Of a stretch of 64,000 bases of DNA, positions 13,438 through 26,889 are shown piece after piece. Numbering within the stretch: position 1 is the stretch's first letter; every line of letters starts with the position of its first letter. The position numbers and the translations under genes were made by a program. This DNA is from Vicugna vicugna (lineage: Eukaryota). The notes under the pieces were generated by a model. The model was not told the origin of the DNA, did no database searches, and saw only the letters and a program-made list of their open reading frames with translations. The stretch spans positions 5,624,745 to 5,688,744 of the forward strand of contig MU058423.1 of the NCBI GenBank assembly GCA_013265495.1. The letters run 5' to 3'.

Positions 13438-13713
13438 CAGGCGAAAGTGGGTGGGAAGGGATAAACTGGGAGTTTGAGATTTGCAGATACTAACTACTAT
13501 ACATAAAATAGATAAACAACAAGTTTTTACTGTATAGCACAAGGGACTATACTTAAAATATAGTAGTAAACTATAATGAAAAAGAAAATTAAAAAAATAC
13601 ATGTATGCATATATATGACTGAAACATTACGCTGTACACCAGAAATTGACACTGGCAATTATACTTCAGTTCAAACAAACAAACAAAAAACCCTTAGGGG
13701 GAAAAAAAAGAAA
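13438..13713 (+). mobile_element. Young artiodactyl/camelid L1 3' UTR (5'-truncated) with A-rich tail
   Basis: gggaagggataaactgggagtttgagatttgcagatac...tagataaacaacaag...actgtatagcac...actgaaacattacgctgtacaccagaaattgacac, followed by a (caaa)n/A tail. Imperfect 13-bp TSD: aagaagaaaggac (13425-13437) and aagaaaaaaggtc (13714-13726). Confidence 0.85.
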
Positions 13714-14540
13714 AAGAAAAAAGGTCGTCAAGAAAACATAGTAAAGTATCAGTCTTATGAAAAGTGAGAGAAACGAGAACCAAGAGGGAATGAAAGCCAG
13801 ACTCTTTGGTGTATTAGTCAACGTTTGCTCTGGCAACACCCCTCTCCCCAAATTGATTATAGATAACAGTTACAGACATTTACTTATTTGCTTTTATTTT
13901 GGAGTGCTGTGTGGGTTTGATGCAGCTCTTCCAGCTGCAATATCATATCATTTCATTCCACACTTGAAATGAAAGAGCAGTCCAACCACTACAGTGTATT
14001 TAAAGTGTTTTCTAAGATTTAGAGGACATTCTGTATGTTCACATTTCACTAATCAAAACAGATTGTATACAAAAATAAAAGATATTAAAGAGAAGTAAAG
14101 ATATTTGGAGATTAGAATGAAGGATGACTATAAACCTATTCAGATCTCTAGGAGAAAACAATTTTTTTAAAAAAAGGAAAAATAGTATGTGATAATTGAT
14201 GATGATTTCTTTAAAAAAAGAAATGATTGTTTAGAGTCAGATAAACCATATTAAAAGTAGGATAAATATAATGCAATTTACATAGATAGTTATGACACAA
14301 ACTGATAAATCCACAGAATTCAAAATAAAATAAAACTTCCTTAAATGAAACAAAAGAAAGATAGTCAAGGACAATTCTACTGATAGCAGATTTGTCAACA
14401 AATAATTTTTGAAAAGAAACATATGAGTAGGTAAATTTAAGATTATATTGACTGGATAAAGAAGAATAATATCTAATTTATTTCAACAAAAGTGGATAGA
14501 ATTTCATAGATAAAAATAGCAGGTAAATGGGTGACGGTCG

Positions 14541-14936
14541 TTTTATTGGCTGATTTATCTCCCCTCAAAATTTATCTGCTGAAGCCTCAGCCTCCAATAT
14601 CTATCAATACAAGCGTAATTGATAGAGTTTTGACAGAGGTAATTAAGTTAAAATCAATTCATTAGGATGCACCTTAATACAATATGATTGATATCCTTAT
14701 AAGAAGAAGAAATCTGGACACCGACACAAAAGGAAGACAATGTTGAGATACAGGGAGAAGACAGCCATCTACAAGCCAAGGAGAGAGGCCCGCCCTTCAT
14801 GACCCTCAGGAGGCACCAACCCTGAATACCTTGCCCTCTGACTTCCTGCCTCCAGAACTGTGAGAAAATGAATTTTTGTTGTTGAAGCCACCCAGTCAAT
14901 GTTGCCTCATCCTGGGAGCCCTAACAAACTAATACA
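14541..14936 (+). mobile_element. MaLR solo LTR (MLT1A/B-like)
   Basis: cccctcaaaatttatctgctgaagcc...gaggtaattaagttaaaa...ccttataagaagaag...gagaagacagccatctacaagccaaggagagagg...cctccagaactgtgagaaaatgaattt...gaagccacccagtc...aaactaataca. Confidence 0.9.
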
Positions 14937-16949
14937 AGTGGTAACTGAAAGTAAAGTATTTGATGGCACTGTTAATGACAGATAAGTGTCTGGTTTACTT
15001 TATCTTTCTTTATCTTCATTTACTTTACATCAAACAGTTATGTTTTACCTTTAGGAGTGAGCACTAAAATAATCAAAATAAAGTGTGTATCTTACAAACC
15101 ACTATAAGAAAATAATATGATGTATAAAATAAGGAATAAGTGTACATAAATCATGAAACAGAGCTAAAAATTAGATGCTATAAATAATCACAAATAAAAT
15201 AATAATCATAATAAATTTACATGAAATAATTTTCTACATTCATGTGAAACTTTTCAACCTTTATAAACCAAAACTGATAAAATGACAAGTGAGTACTGAA
15301 AACTCCATAATTATTTTGGCAGATTTTTATCAGTCCTTTCTTAAGATTTAATAGTTCAAGCAAATGGACACAAAATTTTGAAAATATAATTTAAAAGTTC
15401 AATTTAATAATCACAGAATGCATATTTCTCTATTAAGTGAGCTATAAAGTAAGTTCCAATCATTTAAAAAATTCAAAAAATATAGATGATTAGGCATTTC
15501 CATTATTCTCCCTTGAAATCAGACAAAATAAGAAAGGAGACAAAAGCTAAAATTCCTCATTTAAGCTAAATATGGACAAAGTTTAAAGCACAAACAGGTA
15601 CTAGACTAGACAAAGAACAGGTAATGTGCATTGAAGGAAACTGAGAGCAAATGCCATGGATGCAGCTCTCAGAAAAAGCTTGAGAAATAAATCTACAAAA
15701 GGCAAGTTATATATAGTAAGATACAATTTCCAAAATATTTATTTGTCACTAGTGAGAATGGGGTGTGAAATTTTTTTGCAGCATCTTCTGTGGAATCAGC
15801 TGGTTCCCAACACCAGCCTAGGATAGGCTCTTGCTATCTGAGAAGCAAAGTACGAGCTTCACCATGGAGACTGTTAGAAATTCAGAATCACAAGCTCTGA
15901 GCCATACTTACTGAACTCAAGTCTGCATTGCAGCAACATGACAAAAGGATGTGTACTCACTTTAACCCGAGGAGCAGTGGGGTAGGTCAAATGAGAATAT
16001 TCAGACAAGAAAGCCACATTTTCAGGAAGCACTCAGTCTCCAGGGCAGCACACTTGGAGGGCAGAAAGGAGGAGAGATGGACAAACAGACAGACAGGGAG
16101 ACAGAGACAGAGATGGAGACTTTTCTCTGAGTAAAATGTTCAGCTCCTGTCTCAATAGTTTAGGGAGAAATAAAATGTAAACATTCTCAGAAACAAAACT
16201 GTAGGACAATATAAAAATACTAGCCTTTTAAAAATATGATTTTTACTTCACCCCAACTCAAGAATGCTACGAATGCATGATATGAATAAATCTCTCCTGC
16301 CTCAAGGATAATTATTTTTTAAAAGGGAAAAATAATATGGTCTATATAAAGATATTTTAAAGTGTGAAACTAATATGCCAAACAAACGATAGCTGAAGAG
16401 CACTCAGGACAAATGGATGAAAATGGAGACCATATTGCAATGTGAATATAAAAATCAATGGGATATTTACCACTTGGAAGAAAAAGCACAAAGTCCAATG
16501 ACACAAGGAAGACTAAAAAATGGGAAAAATAGGAGGTGATGAAATGTAACGTAATAAGGATCAGAAAAAAAAGGAAATAAATTAATGACAGAAATAAAGT
16601 TTTAAAAATGAATGAAAAAGATAGCAACATAGAAAAAAAAAAGATAGCAACATAGGACACTGAAGCTACTAATGAGAGGAGTAAGGAAATGTAAAAAAAA
16701 GTTAGCAGCGGGAAGAGAGACAAAAGAGATTAAGTCCACATTTGGAATGCAGAAAGAAGGAGATCAGAATAGAACAAGATAGTTCTCCTGAGATTATAGG
16801 CGATGTAGAAGTAAACAGTGAATGTTGACACTGTATCATGGGAAAACTTTACCTAGTTCAGTCAACAACAAGATAATGCTCTTAATTTTTAAATAATATT
16901 AATAATTCTAATAGGTATTTGGGCCAAAATGTCTTTCTATTTATAAGCA

Positions 16950-17280
16950 TGTGGAGGGATAAACAGGATTATCTGCTGTAAACTCAGAAGGAGTTCTTCC
17001 AGGTTTACCTGTCAGTTGGTTATCCGAGTGCAGAACTACTGCCACCCCTGACCCCCTGCCCCTCAACTGCTGCCGGGTGATCTGTGTACAAACAATTCCT
17101 GTAAAAACTGTGGCTACCCCTCACTGCAGCAGGAGGAAGTACGCATAATATCAGCCTGCCCAGGTTTTTAAGTGGAGGGCAGGCGGCGTTCCCAGAAATT
17201 CCTGTGAGCTTAAATTACTTCCATGCTGATGCAATTGGACTGCCCCTTGCTTGCAAGACTGGGCCTAGAATCTCTCCACA
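16950..17280 (+). mobile_element. Candidate solo LTR of unassigned family (TG...CA with short terminal inverted repeats)
   Basis: 331-bp GC-richer block starting tgtggagggat and ending atctctccaca (10/11 inverted match), embedded in A-rich L1 remnant. No clear TSD. Strand is a guess. Confidence 0.55.
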
Positions 17281-17530
17281 GGAGAAAGGGCGGGGGGTGG
17301 GAGTACAAGCTTGGAGGTGGGGGAGTAGTGCAGTGAAAGTGAAGAAAAATTCTATACAGCATTGAAAACAGATAACCAAAACATTATTCAAATATATGTC
17401 TCTCAAATATAAGATTAACTAACAAGAGAAAAGCATATGGAAGTATGGTATCATTTTACAGTGTTTCAGATATGCAAAGCAGTATTACTTATTGATCACA
17501 GCATCTGTAGAAAATTAGAAATATATACCT

Positions 17531-17938
17531 GGTATTTGATAGGTCTTCCATAACAAAATATTGCAGACTGGGTGGCTTAAACAACCATAATTTATTTTCT
17601 CACTGTTCTGAGGCTAGACGTCTTAAGGTCAAGGTTTCGACAGGGTTGGTATCTTCTGAGGGCTGTGAGGGAAGTGTCCTTCCAGGCCTCTCTTCCTGGC
17701 TGGCAGATGGCTGTCTTCTCCCTGTATCTCATCGTATTGTCTTTCCTCTGTGTCCACATTTCCCCCTTTTAATACAGACATCAGCTACATGGTATTAGGG
17801 CCTACCCCAATGACTTCACTTTAACTTGATTATCTCTGTAAAGACCCTTTCTTCAAGTCAGTTCACATTCAGAGGCACCTGGAGGCTGTGACTTCAACGC
17901 TTGAATTTGTGGGGGAGACACAATTTAACCTCTTAATA
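17531..17938 (-). mobile_element. MaLR solo LTR (MLT1A/B-like), antisense
   Basis: ccataacaaaatattgcagactgggtggcttaaacaac...tttattttctcactgttctgaggctag...ttagggcctaccccaatgacttcactttaacttgatta...gggggagacacaatttaacc. Confidence 0.9.
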
Positions 17939-20900
17939 TGTGGTAATAATAAATACTAAATTCACATTTATGATTATTTTTAGAATTTGGTGTTTTAATC
18001 CTAAACTGGGCAGTGAATACAGAGGTGATTGTTTTAAATTATTCATAATTCTACATATACCTGAATTCTTTCAAAATAAGTTAAAATTAAATAATACAAA
18101 AGCTTAGAGGAAAAAAATTAAGAAATAAGTGAATCCGTCTGTTCCAAGCACACAGAAATTTTTTTTTAATTAAACAAAGACAGAAAACTATATTTCAGAA
18201 GGAGGTTCACAGCTAAAATAGAGTGAATTTTGCTTCAGATACATGTTAGGGATACCAAGTCTGAATAACAATGCAAGCAGAATGGTTTTAAATTTTACAG
18301 GCTCTTTTCATTTCTGGGAAGCGGATCTTGGTTTCCTTCATAAAAGGTACTCTCCTACACATCTACTAAATGACATTGGTACCTGAACCTTCCCTGGGCT
18401 TTCTCTCCCTCGTCTTTTTTTCAGAGAGAGTAATCTTATTCTGTGGACAATTTATATAAGCCAAAATTTAGTAAAAATTACCTTCTCTACAAAAGGGTAA
18501 CAACATCATATACCCTTCATCCTTTCCTAACTTCCCCCCAAATAAAAGATTGAGTTTATTTATTCTCCTGGTGCTCCTACTGAGTTATCATTATGCTGCA
18601 GCAGCTCTCCTATCAGATAGTATTGTGATTGATGGTTTAAGTATCTGCCTCCAAAATATGCTGTAACCTGCACATGAGCAACAACAAAATTTTCATCTTC
18701 ATCGTCTTATCAAAAAGGTTACTTCCTGTCATAAAAGAATCAATACATAACTGTGTTCTTAAAGGACTGAAAGTGTCTTCCCACTTGACATGAATAATAG
18801 ATTTCACTCTAAATACTCATTTTTTCCTGGATAACAGCTCTTGTTGCATTTGCGATGACATTTATATACCAGGTCTCTATAAGTATGATTTTGATTCATT
18901 CTACTTTTATTTCTTCAAATATTTGGAAAGTTGGCTGTCAAATGTACAGCCACAGGGAGTACCTATGCTAAGTTCATTTTAGTTAGAACTCAGGATTCAT
19001 CTGAGCATGACTGTTATACATGACATTAAGATTCCTGGCTACATGCAAAAGCCTCTCCTCCTGTGTGACTCACACAACACTCAACAGTTACAGTTGTATG
19101 GATCTGTATAACATTATAAAATATGTATGTATAGGGAAACAAATTTAGAAACCCCACTTTGGAAGACAGAGTACACTCCTTCTTTGCAGGACCAGATGAC
19201 TTTATGACTGCAACCTCCCTGGGAATCTAAACCTTAAAAAGATTTTGCCATTTAAATATAGTCTTTAACAGCTCCTTCCCCTTAATTATCATGAACCTAT
19301 AAACCTATTTGCAAATGAGTAATATGGGGAAGTTCTTGGAATTAAGAATCAAACTCATGGGAATAACCAAAGACCATTTTTTTATTAAAAGTGTTCCACA
19401 AACCTGATGGTGGAAACCTACCCACATTTTCTAAGAGCAATTGCAGCAGCAATAAACTAGGGACATCTTCTCCATATTTGACCTTAAAATCTTTAAACTT
19501 GATGGTCTTTCACATTGTTAGTACTTGTCACTTACTGAAAATAGGAAACATCTATTAATTAGCTGGCCTACCTCCTATGAAATTTAATTAATTTGCCTCT
19601 CAAACATTTCTATTCATGTATATAAACTGTATCCTGTTATCATTCCATTATCCAAAAGAAGGGGAAATCCATGGCTGTTCATCCTCTCTGTTGTGAACTA
19701 AACATGACTAAATAAGGTTTCTTAGAACTCCCTCCCCCTTTGAAAATCCACACTTCACCTTGTTTTTTGGTGGATCATAACTGAACTGAAATAAAAAGAG
19801 AGCAAGCAGAATACACCATAGCAGCTCTCAATTCACCCCTATAAAGTGATCTCTGACTAGAGGTGAAATCAGCACAGATATCAGAACTTACTACAATTTC
19901 CAGAAATTACAATTACTAGGATACTGCTTAACTTATAAGAGGTAAGATTTTTAACATATACATGCTATCTGGTATATTTTTGGAGTAGTTGGTGTGGAAA
20001 CAGGGTTTTGACCAATTGAAAATGGTCTATAAGTTAAAGATTTTTTTAAGGGCTCTAATGGCCGAATCTCATTGAAAAGGAGATAAAATGCTTTAGCCGA
20101 GCGTTATGCTCTCATTAAGATACCGGCCTCTGTAAAACTCCAAGAAGTCAAATCACTGGAGATATGAAAAGAAGTTATAATAGAATTTGCTCTGGAGTCT
20201 GCAAAAAATTACTGGAAAAAAATCTGACTGTAAATTCATGAGGATAATTTCTGTACATCATGAGAGCTGCTTGGTGGTGACAGAGGACCTCAGATGGGAA
20301 CTTTCAAAACTTTGCCACTATACCGCATCAATATTGGTGAGGAAATTGAACTAATATTGCTGAATGCATCTGGTATATGTCTCATCTATCACAATGATCA
20401 TCCTGGAAAAAGTATGAATATGGAACTTGGACAGTAATCTAAACCTCAATGTCCCTTTGAACATCTCTCAATAGATTTTATACAACCACCTACCTGCTAT
20501 GGGTTTTAAAAATATACTTTAAAAAAAAAATCTGTGGGAAGATGAAACTTTTCTTTCCCAGAGAGCTATGGCTCTGACTGATGCAAAATTTTTGACTTGA
20601 TTTTGTTTCTCAGGCTGGGTAGTTCCAAGCTATGTCTCCAATGATAGAGGGATTCATTCTACTGGGATTATAAATAGGGAAATTTGAAAAGTTTGATCGC
20701 TTACCAAGAGACTTCATTGACCACATCGTTTTTAATACTTAGGAAAAGAAAATAGAGTCAATGACATTATTAAACTAAATTAGCAAAGTTAGCAGGCACC
20801 TGGGCTTCCTCGGGCCAGACTGTTACCTCTGGCCCTCGTGTCCATGAGGCCCACGCTCTCCAGGGCTCATGACTTTCATCATCAAGTTTAATTCAGGTCA

Positions 20901-21286
20901 CCTATGGGCTTGGATACTTCACACATGATTCTGGACTCTAATTCACCTCAAGAATATATCACAAATTATGCAGGAGATTCATGCAATATATCCAGTCTTA
21001 TTATGGATGAGAACAAACTTCCTTTCCTTTCACTCTTGCAATAGGCTCTAAATGGCCTAAGACTAAATAATTCGCCTCATGGGAAATTTATCAGAAGGGG
21101 AAAATGTCTTAGAAGCATGTTGGAAAAAGGTTCTTAATTTTTGAACACTAAGGCATCACTCAGTCTTCAGACTATTGAACCATGGTTAAATGTGTCCTAG
21201 CTGAAAAGATATGACATGGGCTGCCATTATAGCAGGAAATGTAAAACTAAGCATCTTAATAATCATCCGTAAATAGTTTTAGATGG

Positions 21287-21936
21287 TATATCAGTTATAG
21301 TTTGGTCAGGAGAAGGAAACAAAAATGTAATCAGAAAAGGAAAAGGTCAATATAAAGAATTTTTTTACTATTACAGGGGATTGGATTAATATGAAATTGG
21401 TTGATGAAGTAAAAATAACTATAAAGAATTTAGAACAAAGCTCATATCCAGAAATTATTGGAGGAGGCAAGATGGTGGTTCACTGAGGGGCAAAGATATT
21501 GCTGTGATGCTTGATCACTTAACGTGCTAGACATCTAGTCTCTGTAGAGTGCTGTAAACCCACTCTTAGGACATAGAGAAAGCTAGAGTTATTCTGCTAC
21601 AAAACTACCTTACGAGGAGGTGGTCTTGGGGGAGCTGTTGCTCTCTAGGTGCTGCTGAGTACCATGGGCTGAAGGTGCTGGATGACAGAGAAGCCACCAC
21701 ACAGCAGGAGTTGGACGGTAGGACGTCTGTGTGCAGTAGGAGCCAGCTAAGTGAGTGTATGGGAAAGAGCAAGGAAAACCTTCCTGCTATGTCCCTCTAA
21801 TAAACTCTACTGACAATGCTTAACATTATAACAGCTGGCAAAGGGAACGAATTTAAAGGATCCATATCCTACTTCACAAAGCCCAAAATGAAAAGTGAAT
21901 TTGGAGCTAAGAGACAATAGATAAGTAACTGGCACA
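21287..21936 (-). mobile_element. Old ERVL-class solo LTR (LTR41-like), antisense
   Basis: Right end ctctactgacaatgcttaacattataacagctggcaaaggg...tttaaaggatcc...gtgaatttggagctaagagacaatag...aactggcaca matches the reverse of the recalled LTR41-type 5' end. Subfamily is uncertain. Confidence 0.65.
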
Positions 21937-24900
21937 GAAAGAGACAAGGCTTTGCCCAAGAAATTTGTATCAATAAAACAACTGCATTACGTGGGTGAAT
22001 CCCACACAAGAGCTACCAAACAGTATCTACATAATTATAGTCACAAATTTCATGCTTTAATTGGCATACTGTTATTTTTTTCTATTTTTCTGGTTATTTT
22101 ATTTCCCCTTTGCTATTAGTAATTTTAAAAACAATTTAACCATAATATTTACAAGCTCTCTCTCCATAAAATTTTCTTCTGTGTATTTAGTCTATCCATG
22201 GTATGAGTCAAACCATTGGCTTCAACTTTTTTTAATGATTTGATTAAATATTAATTCAACCAGTATTGGTTTGCATACATTTTTTTCTGAGTTCCAACCA
22301 ACTCCTTTAAGAACCAATCAATTGTTTAAAATATCATAAGTAATTGGACACAACTACTATTTGTTATTTTATATATAATATAGCAAAAAAATTGCCAGGC
22401 AACCAAAAATCTAAAGCCATTTTTACATCATATCTATGACAAGCACAACAATGAAACAATATCCAGGGGCCATGTATGAAAAGTTGCCTCTGTAATCAAA
22501 CCTTCTTATAGGTAAGGCTCAGAAGGAAAAAAATATGACATATTTAATAAAAATCATACATAGAAGTCTTAAAGTTTAGTACACATATTTTCCAATTCTT
22601 TTTCAGATATAGTCCTTCATCTCTTTGATTATACCTCCTTTTTATATTCTGCGTAACTAACTAGGCTTCTCACTATCTTAGAATGATACCAAAGCTATAC
22701 AATAAAATGTATCAGCCTTAGTAGGGGAATTTGGGCTGGAAACAGGTAATTGTGTAGCCTCCTGTACCTAGTATTAGATTTGTGGTACAAAAACCTATTG
22801 GCTACTAAATGCAAATTAAATATATACCCATTACTTGGTAAACAGCTGATGGTCTGAAAAATAGCCATTGATGCCTTGCTCTTACTTACAGTTCACTTAA
22901 ACTCAATATTTTCCTTTTGATCAAGAGAGAGAGATTGCTAGATAACTTAAATCAACGATAAAAACTGGGTTCTAGCTGAGGCTCCTAACTGAGAAACTCT
23001 TGATGGCTTTTTTCTATCCTTAAAACTCCTCACATAATGCTATGAAAGAATCATGAGAAATAGGAAAAATCTTACATGCAATAGTTCATATAATGGCAGG
23101 GGCTAGAAAATGTCATTGAAATTTCTCACCAAAAAAGTTAGCAATAATGGGCAGAAATGAGGGAGACCAAAGGTAGACATGATATGTCTTTGCAAAAGGT
23201 ACATCTATCATTTTAGGAGAATGTTGCATTTAAACACCCATTGAACTCTCTCAGATCTGTAATATTAACAAGATTCTGAGAACAAAGAAAGAAATTATGA
23301 AATTAGGCAATTTAGCTAATACCTCCATATATAGTTCTGTGATCTCTTCAAATTGGAGAAGGGATTTCTTCTCTTGGTTTAGTTTGGACACTTGGTTTCT
23401 GGTTTAGAAGAGGTCTACAGACTTTGAGCACTAACCATCACCTCTGATTCGTCTTTGTTGCAGTGTTCAAGTATGTGCATTTTAGAACCTTAAATTCCAT
23501 TTTGCAGATACTTCTATCAGATGATTCAATAAATGTTCTTTATCTAAAAGATCATATAACCCTGATATATGAAGTAGAGCAAATAACTTCCACTAAAATC
23601 TGGCATACAATCATAACTATTCAAAGAGTGGTGGAAATCAAATGATAACTTCCTCAGTTGATAATGGTCTATTTGCCAATCCAGGCTGAGGAATGAATAT
23701 GATTGGGGATTGAGAGTCAAGACTATGCCTGTCAATGTGACATAGATCCGACTATGGACTGCCAATGTCAGTATTTCTTTGTTGTTTCAGGAAAATTCTG
23801 CCATAGAGAATTGAGACTATAAAACAATAAATAATTTCAATGCTTGCTTGAGGAAATCCCTACAGATGAATATTCTGATCATCTGGGCAAACAGCCCATG
23901 TATAAAACAGAAGTATTTTTCAGTTCACATCAAGATCCTTAGACTTCTAATTCCAAACTGTTATATCATAAATTTTTCTCATTTTCAAGATGATTTTGCC
24001 TTGAAAGACCCATGGCAAATCACTTGAGCTCAGACTGCAAAGCCTTATAAATGTTATTTATATATGTAACTTTGCCTTTCTAAAACACAGTTCTGCTAAG
24101 GTGGTATTTTTTCTCAAAACTTTGCTTTGTTAACAAATTTTGTAGTGTTTTAGAGAATTCAATGATCCTATTCTTTGTAATCTGAAGTCCTCATTAAAAA
24201 ATTAAACCATTTAAGCTAACAAAGTGTTTTCCACAATGTGTTCTTCAAAATCTCTATGAATTAAAATGCCGATAAACAAATTTTAAAATGTTTTACTGCA
24301 AATATCACGTCTTAATCAAGTCTGTGATATTTTATTCTGTAGTACCATGTAATATTGAGGTAGGATGTTATATGTAGAAATTTAAAATTTTATTTTATTC
24401 TTAAATATAAATTTGTGAACTATCAAGTGTAATAAAATCCACTGGAGACAAGCTGAGAAATATCCAGATTCCTAAGGGTATTTTTTATTCTAGAAACTTG
24501 AAGTCTTTTCTTCAGCAATAGGAAACCAGTCCTCATTTATAAATTTTGATCAAGTAATACTTTATACATTGTGTTTATCTATACATTTATTTAATTTTTA
24601 CTAATTTCTAGTTACTTGCTTTTCTTTATGAGATAGCTGGCTACTATGGTCATGGGTACTAGTGAGAGGGGATGCAAGAGAAGAAAACTATAAGGGGAAT
24701 GCTATATGTACATTTCCACAAATTTTGCATGGATAATTGATCTCTTCTACAATGTTGGAATGCAGATACATACAGTATATGAATGGTATTTTTTGTAAAT
24801 GCGTATCTCTGCACATAAAATTTATCTCCTCAGTTTCTCTTGTGAAGCGTGTAAATTTTCTATTAAAATATTAATTTTCCATTAAAATATTAATACTAGA

Positions 24901-26889
24901 ATAACTTCTATTGTGTGACTAAAATATATATTTAAGAATTACACTTATGAACTGGATATGATTAATAGTAGGCAGCTCATTGTGAATTTATTTTCTTAGT
25001 ATAAGTGAGAGTATGGCTGAGCTGACCATATCCTTTTAATTTAGTTTTACTTGTGAGACGTTTTTCTAGTCCTGGGCAATGACAGAGTTTACCTCTAGGC
25101 TAAGCCAACCACCCTAAAATGAGTTTGGATGCTTGAATTTATAATAATGTTAAAGTTATCATTATTACAGCTAAGTTAGATGCACTTCTGCCTTGGTCAA
25201 TAAAAATATCTTAAGAAAAGTTCTCCAACCTCCCTTCTTAGGCTATCATATTGCAAGCCAAAATACAGCCAGAGTCAAGCTCACACCTTTACAGTGACCT
25301 ATTCTATTCTATCTGAAAACTAAGCGCTAGATGCAAACATATGTTATAGAATACTTAATGTTTCAGAAGATTGAAAGACAATGATAATTGATCTCCTAGG
25401 AGGAAGTTTGGAGTTTTTCTAATAACTTAATATATTAACATTTCATTTGAGGATTCCAGAATAGAAATTATTTTTGATCTTTAACGGAGTGTTTTTACAT
25501 TCATTACCATCCTATATGTTCTGCTAATTATAAGCCTTTACGCTGTTCTCTTGTCAGGTTACTTTCATCTTGTGTTGTTTCTTTTTCCTATTTTCTATGA
25601 TAGTATTGCTAATACAATAATCAGATCAACTCATTGGAAAACACATTAAAGAATCTATGATATTAATACTTTCATCAAAGTGTGAAAAGTCTTTGACAAT
25701 AGTACTTCTAAAATAAAATTTGTTTTAAAATATTCTTGTTATGTTATGGGAAGTTTTATTCATTTATTTGTGTTATACAGATTTGTATACTGTGTCTTCT
25801 TTCAGGAATTATACTTGAAGATTTCAGTTGGAATACATAAAGCTACAGACCACTTATATACACATTTTTTTTATGTTATGAAACAAATTTCACCAGTCCG
25901 TGTGCTTACATCTCCTGAGTACATTTTATATGTCTTTGATGAGTTTTCTTTCATTGAATTTCAAGAGCAGTTTACATCTGTGTAACCCACCTTTGTTTTG
26001 GATGGCTCTTTCCAAATCTGACACTGGCACTAAAATTTATAGACTACAGGTTCTGAAAATACTTTTTACATTATTAGCATGACAGATGTCTTCTGAAATA
26101 GGTTGTTCTATCTTATTTCAGCAGCCAATTAATGTTGTATATTCTTTACACCAATGCTGTTTCTTTAATAATAGAAATGCTCTAAAGTTGCGATTCAAGA
26201 TAAATATTCTGGAGCTTTATTTTGCATACCCAGGCATTCATGAACCATTCTTCCTCAATGAATAATATTTAAATAACGCTACAAAGTGTGGCTTTTTTTT
26301 GGGAAACAGCATGCTTCTGCAGACTTATCTTTGAATAAAAATCAAGTCTAATAGCCAGGACTTCCTAGTTCCAAATATACTATTTTGTACAATCAGCAAG
26401 ATTTGTCTATCAGCAAGCTGGGAGATTCTAGGAGTTTTCTATGAATGCCTACAAAGGAAGACCTTTTTATGAATTTCACTTATACTATTTAGATTTTTAT
26501 TGTAACACTTGTCAGATTTGTCCCTTTACTGCTTTCAATAAAAGAGGAAGATTGTGATTTAATTTCTAGGGTTTCTAGAGTAAGGAAAAAATTTGAAAAC
26601 ACTACTTCTGTTGTCTTTTACTGTCTTTTTTTTCCAATACGAGTCCTGTTAAAGTACAATTTATATCATAGTTAAGAAGTTACCATCTATTTAAATGTCT
26701 TTGAGCTAAATAAATGAGATTAGACATCAATTCATTAAGATGAAAAAAAGTAGATGAACAATAGTTCTTAAAACCACCCCCCCAAGATGACACAGGTGCT
26801 TCTAAATATTTTTCTGTAATTAAACTAGAAAACTCTATACCTTTAGTGACCACTGCAGGTTTTATTTTATTTGATTGATTAACTCAGGG

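Larger units (their letters stand above)
14060..18120 (+). mobile_element. Highly decayed sense-strand L1M/HAL1-like 5'UTR-ORF1 region, hosting several LTR insertions
   Basis: Long A-rich stretches with L1 ORF1-like phrases (cctattcagatctctaggagaaaac, gactaaaaaatgggaaaaataggagg, ccacatttggaatgcagaaagaaggag). Boundaries are uncertain. Confidence 0.5.

Noticed and set aside
21795..21815. CTCF site expected in LTR41-type elements
   Set aside because: The corresponding sequence is decayed (ctctaataaactctactgac instead of the recalled gcgccctctactgac).
25790..25985. Acceptor tgtcttctttcag followed by an open frame (ELYLKISVGIHK...)
   Set aside because: There is no recognisable protein similarity and no convincing donor or partner exons.
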